A stretch of DNA of 64,000 nucleotides, from assembly GCA_964479725.1 (NCBI GenBank), contig CAYZNF010000002.1:1383-65382 (forward strand), read 5' to 3'. The notes under the pieces were generated by a model. The model did no database searches. It was not told where the DNA came from and worked only from the letters and a program-made list of their open reading frames with translations. This stretch comes from an uncultured Candidatus Saccharibacteria bacterium (lineage in GTDB: Bacteria > Patescibacteriota > Minisyncoccia > Minisyncoccales > UBA10102). Positions 38,118 through 47,324 of the stretch are shown here, piece after piece. The translations under genes were made by a program, and so were the position numbers. Numbering within the stretch: the stretch's first letter is position 1; every line of letters starts with the position of its first letter.

Positions 38118-38678
38118 ATGTATAAAGAAATTATCCAAAAAATGCGTCCAGAAGCCGATAAGGTGGTGGAGTTTTTTGCCAAAGAAGCTATGAAATTCAG
38201 GACAGGCCAGGCTAGTCCGGCATTGGTTGAAGATGTACTGGTGGATGCCTACGGCCAAAAAATGCCAATAAAACAATTGGCCGCGATTTCCTGCCCAGAG
38301 CGCAGGCAAATTCTAATTCAGCCGTGGGACAAATCATCCCTGGAGGCCATACAAAAGGCTTTGCAAATGGAGAGTTCGCTGGGTACCAGCCCCATAGCCG
38401 ACAAAGACTCGCTGCGCATCAATTTGCCTCCTCTGACCCAGGAATTCCGCGAAAAAATACTGAAAATTTTGGCGGATAAAGAAGAAGAAGCGAAACAAGT
38501 AATAAGGAAACTGCGCGACGAAGCGTGGGGCGAGATACAAGACAAAACCCGTACCGGCCAAGTCCGCGAAGATGACAAATTCAAAGGCAAGGAAGACCTG
38601 CAAAAACTCGTAGACGAATATAATAAAAAGATTGAAGCTGTCGTTGCTAAAAAGCAACAGGAAGTTCAAAACGCATAA
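38118..38678 (+). CDS. frr: Ribosome recycling factor
   Basis: RTGQASPAL, IQPWDK, PPLTQEFR, REDD. Confidence 0.96.
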   Translation: MYKEIIQKMRPEADKVVEFFAKEAMKFRTGQASPALVEDVLVDAYGQKMPIKQLAAISCPERRQILIQPWDKSSLEAIQKALQMESSLGTSPIADKDSLRINLPPLTQEFREKILKILADKEEEAKQVIRKLRDEAWGEIQDKTRTGQVREDDKFKGKEDLQKLVDEYNKKIEAVVAKKQQEVQNA

Positions 38679-38685
38679 AATTCAC

Positions 38686-39786
38686 ATGATTACAGCCCTT
38701 TTATTGGCAATTTTTAGCATTCTTTTCCTTGTCGTACTCCATGAGTTGGGACATTTCTTTTCGGCGCGGAAATTCGGAGTAAAAGCCGAAGAATTCGGCG
38801 TTGGGATGCCGTTTACCCCTGCTATCTTCAAAAAAAAAATAGGGGAGACCGTCTATTCTTTCTATCCCTTGCTGATTGGCGCTTTTGTAAGGTTGCTGGG
38901 CGAAGAAAAAGCATCGGAAGATCCGCGAAGTTTTAACAGGCAGCCGGTTTTGAAACGTATTATTATTGTCGGGGCGGGTGTTGTGTCATCATGGGTGGTT
39001 GCCGCGGCCATTTTGGCCTTTCTTGGCGTTACCTGGGGTATTCCTATGGCGATTGACGATGATACGAATTTACCCAGTGGCACGACGCATGTCCAAATTA
39101 CAGGGATAGCTCCGAATTCTCCCGCTCAAAACGCGGGCCTGCAATTGGGAGATATTATCCAGCGTATTGAGAACAAAACAAAAAACCAAGCTGTTGAGCC
39201 AAAAACTATCAAAGAAATTACCGAGTTCGTAAACGCATCGAAGGAAAGTGAAATCATGATTACGGTTGATAAGGGAAGAGAAACCAAAAATATCGCGCTT
39301 GTCCCGCGTTCACAGCCGCCAGTAGGGGAAGGGGCAATCGGTGTTCAGCTTTCGAGAGTTGGTTATGCTAAATTTGCCTGGTACGAAGCCCCTTATCAAG
39401 GAGTCGTGCTAACCGGTAAAATTACCGTGGCTATTGTCAGTCAGACCGGCCAAATGATTGCCCAAAAGATACGCGGAGACGGCCCTCCTCTGAAAGATCA
39501 AATTGCCGGTCCCGTGGGAATGGTGTCCATGCTGCAGAATTCTTTGTTTGTGGGGCCCGCGAATTTCCTGTATTTTGTGGCGCAGATTGCGATTTATCTT
39601 GCCATTTTCAACACCTTGCCGATTCCCGCGCTCGATGGCGGAAGGATTGTTTTCCTGGCAATCGAGGGAATCATTCGCAAACCTTTGCCGGAAAAAATAA
39701 TACAGACCATGATAATCGTTTCGTTTCTCCTGCTTGTGCCTCTAATAATTTGGGCAACGTTCAACGATATCCAGCGTATTTTTTAG
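38686..39786 (+). CDS. rseP: Site-2 protease RseP family with PDZ domain
   Basis: HELGHF, SPAQNAGLQ.GD, NTLPIPALDGG. Confidence 0.9.
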   Translation: MITALLLAIFSILFLVVLHELGHFFSARKFGVKAEEFGVGMPFTPAIFKKKIGETVYSFYPLLIGAFVRLLGEEKASEDPRSFNRQPVLKRIIIVGAGVVSSWVVAAAILAFLGVTWGIPMAIDDDTNLPSGTTHVQITGIAPNSPAQNAGLQLGDIIQRIENKTKNQAVEPKTIKEITEFVNASKESEIMITVDKGRETKNIALVPRSQPPVGEGAIGVQLSRVGYAKFAWYEAPYQGVVLTGKITVAIVSQTGQMIAQKIRGDGPPLKDQIAGPVGMVSMLQNSLFVGPANFLYFVAQIAIYLAIFNTLPIPALDGGRIVFLAIEGIIRKPLPEKIIQTMIIVSFLLLVPLIIWATFNDIQRIF

Positions 39787-39788
39787 CT

Positions 39789-41027
39789 ATGAGACAATCC
39801 CAGTATTTCGCCAAAACAAAAAAAGAAAGTCCCAAAGATGAAGAAAGCACGAACGCGAAACTTCTCATTCGCGCCGGTTTTATCCATAAGGAAATGGCAG
39901 GGGTATATACTTTTTTGCCCCTTGGTCTTCGCGTGCTTAATAAAATTGAACAAATAATAAGGGAAGAAATGATCAATGCCGGAGCGCATGAAATGCTGAT
40001 GCCCAGTCTCCATCCAAAGGAGAATTGGCAAATAACAGGGCGATGGGAATCTTTCGACGCATTATTCCGTCTGGAAAGTCGCCACGGCAAGGAATACGCA
40101 TTAGGCCCTACACACGAGGAAATACTATATCCTCTGCTAAAGCAGTACGTCGAATCGTATAAAGATTTGCCAGTGGCTCTTTTCCAAATTCAGACTAAAT
40201 TCCGCGACGAAGCAAGGGCCAAATCGGGGTTAATGCGGGGGCGTGAATTCCGTATGAAAGATCTTTACAGTTTTCATGCCACTACGGAAGATCGCGACCG
40301 CTACTATGAAGTCATGCGTCAAGCCTATATTCGCAGTTTCAAGCGTCTTGGACTTCGAGCAATCGAAACGCAAGCGTCAGGAGGGACATTTTCGGAGTTA
40401 TCGGCAGAATTCCAGGTGCCTTGCGAATCAGGAGAAGATATCATAAACTTTTGTGAAACATGCCAATCCGCTGTCAACGAAGAAGTGATGAAGGGCAATA
40501 CCTGTCCCACGTGCTCTGGCAAGGTAGAGGCCATGAAAGCCGTGGAAGTAGGGAATATCTTTCCTTTGAAAAGCAAGTATTCTGAAGACTTCAATCTTAT
40601 TTTTAAAGACAAAGAAGGCAGTGAAAAATTTGTTGAAGCAGGGTGCTATGGAATTGGCACGTCGCGTATTATGGGCACAATTGCCGAAATCAGCCATGAT
40701 GACAAGGGTTTGATTTGGCCGGCCAATATTGCGCCCTTCTTTGTGTATTTGATACAATTGCCCGGCGGAAAAGAAATTGCCGATGCCTTGCACGATGATC
40801 TTGAAAAACAGGGGATAGAAGTGCTCTATGACGACAGGGAATACGCTGGAGCAGGGGAAAAGTTTGCGGATGCAGACTTAATAGGTATTCCATATCGAAT
40901 CGTAGCAAGCGCAAAAACCGCGCAGCAAAACGCGATCGAACTAAAGAAACGAAACGAAGCGAGTCAAATTATGGTTCCTATAGCTGAAGCGGTTCGAACG
41001 GTCAAGGATTTTTATGAAAAACATTAA
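39789..41027 (+). CDS. proS: Proline--tRNA ligase (short, no INS editing domain)
   Basis: MRQSQYF, LGPTHEE, FRDEARAKSGLMRGREF.MKD, GCYGIG.SR. Confidence 0.95.
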   Translation: MRQSQYFAKTKKESPKDEESTNAKLLIRAGFIHKEMAGVYTFLPLGLRVLNKIEQIIREEMINAGAHEMLMPSLHPKENWQITGRWESFDALFRLESRHGKEYALGPTHEEILYPLLKQYVESYKDLPVALFQIQTKFRDEARAKSGLMRGREFRMKDLYSFHATTEDRDRYYEVMRQAYIRSFKRLGLRAIETQASGGTFSELSAEFQVPCESGEDIINFCETCQSAVNEEVMKGNTCPTCSGKVEAMKAVEVGNIFPLKSKYSEDFNLIFKDKEGSEKFVEAGCYGIGTSRIMGTIAEISHDDKGLIWPANIAPFFVYLIQLPGGKEIADALHDDLEKQGIEVLYDDREYAGAGEKFADADLIGIPYRIVASAKTAQQNAIELKKRNEASQIMVPIAEAVRTVKDFYEKH

Positions 41028-42084
41028 ACGCTTATTCGGCAAATTTCTTTCCCATTTTGGCAAGGATATTGCCATTGATTTGGGCACTGCCAACTCTTTG
41101 GTGTATGTCCGCGGCAGGGGAATAGTCATACAGGAGCCTTCGGTTGTGGCTATTAACCAAAAAACCGGCCAAGTCCTGGCAATTGGAGACGAAGCAAAAA
41201 AAATGGTGGGAAAAACTCCGGCCCATATTGTTGCCACGCGCCCGCTTGTAAAAGGGGTTATTTCAGACTTTGAAGTAACCGAACAAATGCTCCGTTATTT
41301 TATAGACAAGGTGTACAAAAGAAAGCTAGTGATAGCTCCTGGCCCCCGCGTTATTATCGGCATTCCCTGCGGGGTTACCGAGGTGGAAAAGAAAGCTGTG
41401 CGCGACGCAGCGCTTTCCGCGGGCGCCCGCGAGGTGTACCTTATCGAAGAACCGATGGCCGCCGCGATTGGCGCGCATTTGCCCGTACAGGAGGCTAATG
41501 GAAACTTTATTGTCGATATTGGCGGAGGAACCGCTGAAGTGGCTGTTATTTCCCTTGGCGGTATTGTTTTATCAAAATCCTTGCGTATAGCGGGGGATAA
41601 ACTCAATGAGGATATCATACATTTTTCCCAAGATGAATATAAACTGCTTATCGGAGAGCGCACTGCCGAAGAAATCAAATTAAAAATCGGTTCGGCATTT
41701 CCCGGCAAAGAAAAAAAAGATATGCCTTTGCGAGGCAGGAATTTAGTTACCGGTCTTCCCGAAGAAATTACCATATCTGAAGCGGACGTACGCAAGGCAA
41801 TGGAACGTTCGGTGCGGCAGATTGTAAACGAAGTAAAAGCGACCGTAGAAGAAACTCCGCCCGAACTTTTGGCCGATATCATGAAAAGCGGCATTTATCT
41901 TGCCGGAGGCGGTGCGCTTTTGAGCGGATTGGATTTGCTCATCGCGAAAGAAACAAAAATGCCAACGTCAATTGTAGAGGATCCCTTGACGGCAATGGTA
42001 AGGGGAGCCGGCTACGTACTTGAGAATTTAGACGAACTCCATGATGTTTTGGTCGAAACAGATAATCTCGAACCCCCTAAATAA
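41014..42084 (+). CDS. mreB: Rod shape-determining protein MreB paralog 2
   Basis: IDLGTAN, EEPMAAAIGA, DIGGGT, GGGALL. Confidence 0.95.
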   Translation: MKNIKRLFGKFLSHFGKDIAIDLGTANSLVYVRGRGIVIQEPSVVAINQKTGQVLAIGDEAKKMVGKTPAHIVATRPLVKGVISDFEVTEQMLRYFIDKVYKRKLVIAPGPRVIIGIPCGVTEVEKKAVRDAALSAGAREVYLIEEPMAAAIGAHLPVQEANGNFIVDIGGGTAEVAVISLGGIVLSKSLRIAGDKLNEDIIHFSQDEYKLLIGERTAEEIKLKIGSAFPGKEKKDMPLRGRNLVTGLPEEITISEADVRKAMERSVRQIVNEVKATVEETPPELLADIMKSGIYLAGGGALLSGLDLLIAKETKMPTSIVEDPLTAMVRGAGYVLENLDELHDVLVETDNLEPPK

Positions 42085-42086
42085 TC

Positions 42087-42171
42087 CGAATCTACGAATG
42101 AATTCTAATGCTGCAAATAAAATTCAATTCTTCATTCGTAGAATTCGCATACATTTGTAGATTCGAATCAT
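42087..42171. repeat. Dispersed AT-rich intergenic repeat, copy 1
   Basis: 44 bp identical to 56964-57007; similar to 59061-59148; GAATCTACGAATG...ATTTGTAGATTC inverted arms. Confidence 0.85.
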
Positions 42172-42175
42172 CTTT

Positions 42176-42469
42176 ATGATTTCAAAAGAACAGGTAGCGC
42201 ATATCGCAAATTTAGCCCGCATCAAACTTGCGGAAGACGAAACTGAAAAATTCCAGAAGGATCTTTCAGAGATTTTGGATTATTTTAATTTGCTCAACGA
42301 GGTGGGTGTCGCAAATGTCCAGCCTATGATTCATTCGGTAAAAGAAGAAAACGTGCTGCGACAGGATATCGCGGCCGTTGCGAATCCTGCCCTTGCCCAA
42401 AAACTACTGGAGGCCGCTCCCGCCACCGAACGAGGTTTTATAAAAGTAAAGTCCATACTGTCAGAATAA
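42176..42469 (+). CDS. gatC: Asp/Glu-tRNA amidotransferase subunit C
   Basis: MISKEQVAHIANLARI, LRQD, GFIKVKSIL. Confidence 0.95.
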   Translation: MISKEQVAHIANLARIKLAEDETEKFQKDLSEILDYFNLLNEVGVANVQPMIHSVKEENVLRQDIAAVANPALAQKLLEAAPATERGFIKVKSILSE

Positions 42470-42476
42470 GAAAGAT

Positions 42477-43886
42477 ATGGATACAATAGCTTCAACCCTC
42501 GAAAAACTTTCCAAAAAGGAGATATCCGCCAAAGAACTTTGTCAGCAATACTTGGCCGCGATTGCAGAAAAAGACAAGGATATTAACGCTTTCATTACGC
42601 CAACTCCGGATATAGCTATTTCGCAAGCAAAAGAAATAGACGAAAAAATCGCCAAAGGCGAATCTCTGCCTTCGCTTGCAGGTATTCCGTATTCACTGAA
42701 AGATGCGATTTTGGTGAAGGATACCCGATGCACTGCCGCTTCGAAAATTCTCGAGAATTATGTTGCTTCGTATGATGCTACCGTCGCAAAACGGCTGCAA
42801 AATGCGGGTGCAGTGCTTGTTGGCAAAACAAATATGGATGAATTTGGCATGGGAGCCTCTACGGAAAACTCCGCTTTCGGCCCGACAAAAAATCCGCATG
42901 ATTTCAGCCGCGTGGCAGGCGGCAGTTCTGGAGGTTCAGCCGCCAGTGTATCCGCCGGCGAGTGTATGTTTTCTTTGGGAGAGGATACCGGGGGATCCAT
43001 ACGCCAACCTGCGTCTTTTTGCGGTGTTGTTGGATTAAAGCCAACCTATGGCACTGTATCTCGCCACGGTATTATTGCGCTCGCCTCTTCGCTTGACCAA
43101 GTGGGGCCTTTCGCAAAAACCATTGAAGATGCCGAAACAATTTTCCGAATTATTTCAGGAAAAGATCCTTTCGATTCCACTTCCGTTAAATACGAATATA
43201 CAGCAAAAGAATTGCCCGCCGCGCTGAAAAACTTGCGAGTCGGCGTTCCTAAAGAATATTTTTCCGAAGGCCTGGATCCCAAGATCGAAACTGTTATTAA
43301 GGACACGTTTCTGAAACTTGAAAAAGAAGGGGCTCAATTGGTGGAAATTGAGCTTCCCAATACAAAATACGCTTTGGCCGCTTACTATATCATTAACACC
43401 TCCGAAGCTTCTTCAAACCTTGCAAGGTACGACGGCATACGCTTCGGGCGGCAAGCCGAAGGCGGCGATCTTCTCGAAACATACCTTTCTACGCGCGGAA
43501 CTTATCTGGGAAACGAAGTAAAGCGGCGTATTATGCTGGGCACTTACGCCTTGTCCGCGGGGTATTACGAGGCTTTTTATGTAAAAGCCCAGAAAATACG
43601 CACCCTGCTTGCGAAAGATTTCGAGGCCGCGTTCCAAAAAGTTGATGTTGTCATGGGACCCGTCTGCCCGTTCCTACCCTTTCGCATTGGAGAACGCATC
43701 CAAGATCCTTTAGCGATGTACTTGGGGGATATTTATACCGTTCCGGTAAACCTTGTTGGCTTGCCCGCGCTTTCCTTGCCGGTTGGCTTTGCGGATAATC
43801 TTCCTGTAGGTCTGCACATAATTGCTCCTGCGTTCCGGGAGGAAATACTCTTTGGAGTAGGGAAGAGCATTGAACAGATGAGTTGA
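42477..43886 (+). CDS. gatA: Asp/Glu-tRNA amidotransferase subunit A
   Basis: GKTNMDEF, GGSSGGS, DTGGSIRQPA, SSNLARYDG, RRIMLGT. Confidence 0.97.
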   Translation: MDTIASTLEKLSKKEISAKELCQQYLAAIAEKDKDINAFITPTPDIAISQAKEIDEKIAKGESLPSLAGIPYSLKDAILVKDTRCTAASKILENYVASYDATVAKRLQNAGAVLVGKTNMDEFGMGASTENSAFGPTKNPHDFSRVAGGSSGGSAASVSAGECMFSLGEDTGGSIRQPASFCGVVGLKPTYGTVSRHGIIALASSLDQVGPFAKTIEDAETIFRIISGKDPFDSTSVKYEYTAKELPAALKNLRVGVPKEYFSEGLDPKIETVIKDTFLKLEKEGAQLVEIELPNTKYALAAYYIINTSEASSNLARYDGIRFGRQAEGGDLLETYLSTRGTYLGNEVKRRIMLGTYALSAGYYEAFYVKAQKIRTLLAKDFEAAFQKVDVVMGPVCPFLPFRIGERIQDPLAMYLGDIYTVPVNLVGLPALSLPVGFADNLPVGLHIIAPAFREEILFGVGKSIEQMS

Positions 43887-43923
43887 CGCAATGTCGCGGG
43901 TATGGAATCATAAACTAAACTTC

Positions 43924-44478
43924 ATGTTCGAAACTCTTATCGGAGCATATCGGGAAGCAATTGAATTCATTTCTGAAACTTTTCCGTTTTTGCAATCGCA
44001 ATGGTTCAAAACCATTATTTTTATCGTCAAGATTGTTATGGGCGCAGTTGGACTTATTCTTCTCTCATTCATCGTTTGGGTGCTTCTTAAAACTTCCTGG
44101 ATTAAATTCAGTTTTGGCCAGGATGTTTCCGAATTTATGCGTTACAGGGCTGGCGGGGCCCAAAAACGCATGCGGGATTGGGAAAGGATACGCAAGCGGT
44201 TGCTGGGCACAAACGTAAGCGAATATAAGCTTTCCATACTGGAAGCAGACCAAATGCTTGACGAAGTTTTAAGGAAATTGGGAATAAAGGGTGAAACCAT
44301 GGATGACCGTCTTTTGAATACTCCCGATACCCTTGTTAAATCTATTGTGCGCATGCAGGAAGTGCATCGTACCAGGAACAATATTGTGCGAGATCCTGAT
44401 TATTACCTTGCCCAGGAAGAGGCTGTTTCTGTCATTAACGCTTATGAGGAAGCTTTCCGCGACCTTGATTTGATCTAA
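43924..44478 (+). CDS. Hypothetical membrane-anchored protein
   Basis: One TM; ILEAD.ML, H.TRNNIV.DP motif. Confidence 0.7.
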   Translation: MFETLIGAYREAIEFISETFPFLQSQWFKTIIFIVKIVMGAVGLILLSFIVWVLLKTSWIKFSFGQDVSEFMRYRAGGAQKRMRDWERIRKRLLGTNVSEYKLSILEADQMLDEVLRKLGIKGETMDDRLLNTPDTLVKSIVRMQEVHRTRNNIVRDPDYYLAQEEAVSVINAYEEAFRDLDLI

Positions 44479-44523
44479 TCTTAGTAGTATAATAATGAAC
44501 GTGGCAACAGCCGCATCTCTGCG

Positions 44524-44594
44524 CGCGGGGTGGTGCAACAGTAGCATACGAGGCTCATAACCTTGAGACGCCGGTGCAATTCCGGCTCCCGCAA
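44524..44594 (+). tRNA. tRNA-Met(CAT), probably initiator
   Basis: CGCGGGG/TCCCGCA acceptor with C1:A72 mismatch; CTCATAA loop; GCCGG/CCGGC T-stem. Confidence 0.85.
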
Positions 44595-44632
44595 CACGAT
44601 TCTTGTGAAATCAGAATTTCAGGAATATTCGC

Positions 44633-44706
44633 GACAGGGTAGCTCAGCTGGTTAGAGCGAGGGACTCATAAGCCCTAGGTCGTGGGTTCGACTCCCACCC
44701 CTGTCA
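44633..44706 (+). tRNA. tRNA with CAT anticodon (Ile2/lysidine or elongator Met)
   Basis: GACAGGG/CCCTGTC acceptor; TAGCTCAG..GGTTAGAGC; CTCATAA; GGTTCGACTCC. Confidence 0.9.
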
Positions 44707-44750
44707 CACGATTTTTATCTAAACTTTTTAGTTTAGGTATAAAAATCAGT

Positions 44751-44797
44751 GCCCTGAGCAGTGTCGAAGGGCAAAGTCCCTCGACTTCGCTCGGGAC
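44751..44797. repeat. REP-like palindromic doublet between tRNAs
   Basis: GCCCTGAGCAGTGTCGAAGGGC followed by inverted GTCCCTCGACTTCGCTCGGGAC. Confidence 0.6.
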
Positions 44798-44853
44798 GCT
44801 AAATTTCGCAAGCCAATCACATTTCGCTTCGCTCATGTTCTTGGGCGAAATTT

Positions 44854-44928
44854 GCGGGCGTAGCTCAGTTTGGTTAGAGCGTCTGCCTGTCACGCAGAAG
44901 GTCGCCGGTTCAAGTCCGGTCGCCCGCG
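44854..44928 (+). tRNA. tRNA-Asp(GTC)
   Basis: GCGGGCG/CGCCCGC acceptor, G discriminator; CTGTCAC loop; GGTTCAAGTCC. Confidence 0.95.
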
Positions 44929-45005
44929 CATAAAACACAACGTCTTGCATAGGACGTTTTGTTTTTGATTTGACATTTATGCTTCAGCACGGTATTGAAT
45001 AAAGT

Positions 45006-45593
45006 ATGGAAAACACAAATAATCAAATTGGGGCGAAAGCCGAAGAGAAAGCCGTATGCTCCAATTGCAATAAAGAAGTTCTCGTGGGGCAAACCTCATT
45101 ATACAAAGGAAAACGAGGAGAGGCGGTATATATCTGCAACGATTGCACTGGCAAAATGAATGAAGAGTTTGAGAAGGAAACGAAAAATATCAACTTTCCA
45201 ATGGCGTTTCTTTTCGGACTGGCAGGAGCTGCGTTAAGCGGACTGATGTGGTTTCTAGTTGCCACCATAACGAATCTCGCAATCGGATATGTAGCGCTTG
45301 CAGTAGGCTACCTCATTGGTTTTGCCGTGTATTTTGGCGCAGGCAAGAAGCGAGGGATCCAACTCCAAGTCATGAGTCTTCTTTTGACCGCGGTAACTTT
45401 GTTCGTAGCGGAATATTCCATTACAGTGTATGTCCTCAATGAATTTGCAAGCGAGGCGAGTGTCAACGGAATGATTCTTGTGTCTCCTTTCGACTGGACG
45501 CTATGGAAAGAGATAGCCACTCCCGTCTTACTGCTTATTTGGGGTATTGCTTTGTATATCGCATTTAGGGTGCCTCAAGCAAGAAAACTTTAG
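45006..45593 (+). CDS. Hypothetical membrane protein with N-terminal Zn ribbon
   Basis: CSNC...CNDC followed by ~4 TM segments. Confidence 0.75.
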   Translation: MENTNNQIGAKAEEKAVCSNCNKEVLVGQTSLYKGKRGEAVYICNDCTGKMNEEFEKETKNINFPMAFLFGLAGAALSGLMWFLVATITNLAIGYVALAVGYLIGFAVYFGAGKKRGIQLQVMSLLLTAVTLFVAEYSITVYVLNEFASEASVNGMILVSPFDWTLWKEIATPVLLLIWGIALYIAFRVPQARKL

Positions 45594-45669
45594 TACATAT
45601 TTTTGCAAGAAAAAATCCCTGGCTCCGTCGTCAGTGCATAAGCAGAGTCACATCTTTATTATAAATACC

Positions 45670-45762
45670 ATGAATCAGGTACGAACTTTTAGCTTTGTCG
45701 CGCTTGGAGCAATGGCGGGCGGGATAGCGCTATGGTCAATTGTGGAGGCCCTCGCAGCTTAA
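45670..45762 (+). CDS. Possible 30-aa single-TM peptide
   Basis: MNQVRTFSFVALGAMAGGIALWSIVEALAA; unverified. Confidence 0.3.
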   Translation: MNQVRTFSFVALGAMAGGIALWSIVEALAA

Positions 45763-46613
45763 TCTTCTAGCGGCAGAATCTGTCTGATTGGGCAACTAGC
45801 TTCGGCAAAGTATCCTGCCGAGGTTTTGTTTGGGCGGACGTTATTTGCCAAACTCCTAAATAAGTAAAACGCGGTGGTCCAGATGTATGGGCCACCGCGC
45901 AATTTATTACGCTTGCCGGCTCCCAAGTGAGCCCAGCAACTCGCGTAGAATCGCCGTTGTTCGGACGCAAGGAGCAACTCGCGCCACCAGCGCTGTCCGT
46001 ATTCACCCAGACTTTGAGCTATGGCCCGAAGACGAAAGAAATTGCTTGCGTCCAATGTCCCGGATTCGCACAGAACCTCGCGTTCAATGCGCAAACCCTT
46101 TACCACAGCAAATTGCAGTCCATGTGCGCCAACAGGATCTAAGAGAAGTTCCCTTATGGCAACGGGATGCCGCACAACCGCGGAAACACCCCTCTCGTGC
46201 AACTCCCTCATGGAAAGCAAGCCGGAACCTAAAATACTCATTGTGAACCAATCCAGCTCCAACAGAGCTACCCTGCCTCCTTTATGCACAGCAAGTTTGA
46301 GCCGGGCCAGCATATCCGCCGGGTTATCCGCGTCTGCGAGACAGCAGAACGCAATAGCCGCATCGAATGTACCGTCGTGTTGCACCACATCTCCTTGGGA
46401 AACTGCAATCTGCAATCCGGGAACAAGTTGCCGAAGAATTCCTGCGATGTAGTTTCCTGTATCTCCGACGACAAGAACGTCCCGGCCACCAATATTGCCG
46501 GTAAGTCCTGCCTCCTGTTGCAGTTGGTACACCAATCCTTCGCCTGTAGTGCCATTTCTTCCAGGACCAAATCGTTTGAGATAGGCATTCGTCCAAGCGC
46601 TTCTTACTTTCAT
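45759..46613 (-). CDS. Divergent class I SAM-dependent methyltransferase-like protein
   Basis: VLVVGDTG, GTFDAAIA, L.LAVHKGGRVALLE.DW; purine-rich RBS; 3' end uncertain. Confidence 0.55.
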   Translation of the reverse strand: MKVRSAWTNAYLKRFGPGRNGTTGEGLVYQLQQEAGLTGNIGGRDVLVVGDTGNYIAGILRQLVPGLQIAVSQGDVVQHDGTFDAAIAFCCLADADNPADMLARLKLAVHKGGRVALLELDWFTMSILGSGLLSMRELHERGVSAVVRHPVAIRELLLDPVGAHGLQFAVVKGLRIEREVLCESGTLDASNFFRLRAIAQSLGEYGQRWWRELLLASEQRRFYASCWAHLGAGKRNKLRGGPYIWTTAFYLFRSLANNVRPNKTSAGYFAEASCPIRQILPLED

Positions 46614-46766
46614 CAGCACACCCTCTCTTAGCTATTGCCTTTTTAGCAACTTCTCTATTATAGCATAGCAGTTTTATTGTTTTGTCCACAAATGAGTTGA
46701 TGCCAATTAGCAAAAAGTAGGGTATTATACTTAATAATGGCCGATTTTGTATAGGTTAGTTTATTT

Positions 46767-47324
46767 ATGGACACAAACTGGTACGTTATTGCGGGGCCGC
46801 CGTCATCGGGCAAGACAACCCTAGTTAGTTATTTGGCAAAAATGGGCTATCCAACAATCCCTGAAGCCGCTAGAGCCGTGATCGATAGGGAATTGGCGAA
46901 TGGGAAAACACTGCGGGAAATCCGAAGCAATGTATTGGAATTTCAGCATAAAATTTTGGCGGAGAGAAAAATACTCGAGGCCAAAGTGTCGGCCGACAGC
47001 ATTACTTTCCTGGATTCCGGAACTCCTTGTGCCGCCGCATACTGCAAATTGGCGGAAATTGATTCTGGTTTTATATTTCAAAGCGTGTACTGCCGCTATA
47101 AAGGAATATTCCTATTAGATTCCCTCCCATTTTTTGAAAATGATTACGCACGCATGGAAGACGCAAACACTTCCGCGCGTATAGGGAATTTGCTTTATGG
47201 CGTCTACAGCGAATTGGGTTATCCGATTATAAGGGTTCCCGTAAATCCTGTGGCGGCAAGAGCCGAATTTATTTTAAACGAAGTATGGCACAATACTCCA
47301 AAGAACAATTCGAAGCAATGGTAG
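46767..47324 (+). CDS. NadR/AAA_28-type P-loop ATPase
   Basis: GPPSSGKTT, IPEAAR, FLDSG, ND.ARME. Confidence 0.82.
   Translation: MDTNWYVIAGPPSSGKTTLVSYLAKMGYPTIPEAARAVIDRELANGKTLREIRSNVLEFQHKILAERKILEAKVSADSITFLDSGTPCAAAYCKLAEIDSGFIFQSVYCRYKGIFLLDSLPFFENDYARMEDANTSARIGNLLYGVYSELGYPIIRVPVNPVAARAEFILNEVWHNTPKNNSKQW

Noticed and set aside
42087-42171. CRISPR repeat or tRNA fragment
   Set aside because: Copies are dispersed and single, with no spacers and no cloverleaf.
44675-44950. ORFs 44675-44950(-) and 44682-44933(+)
   Set aside because: They overlap tRNA genes and the REP-like repeat, so they are spurious.
45826-45840. GTTTGGGCGGA resembling joined unit A segments
   Set aside because: Short same-strand partial match at chance level.
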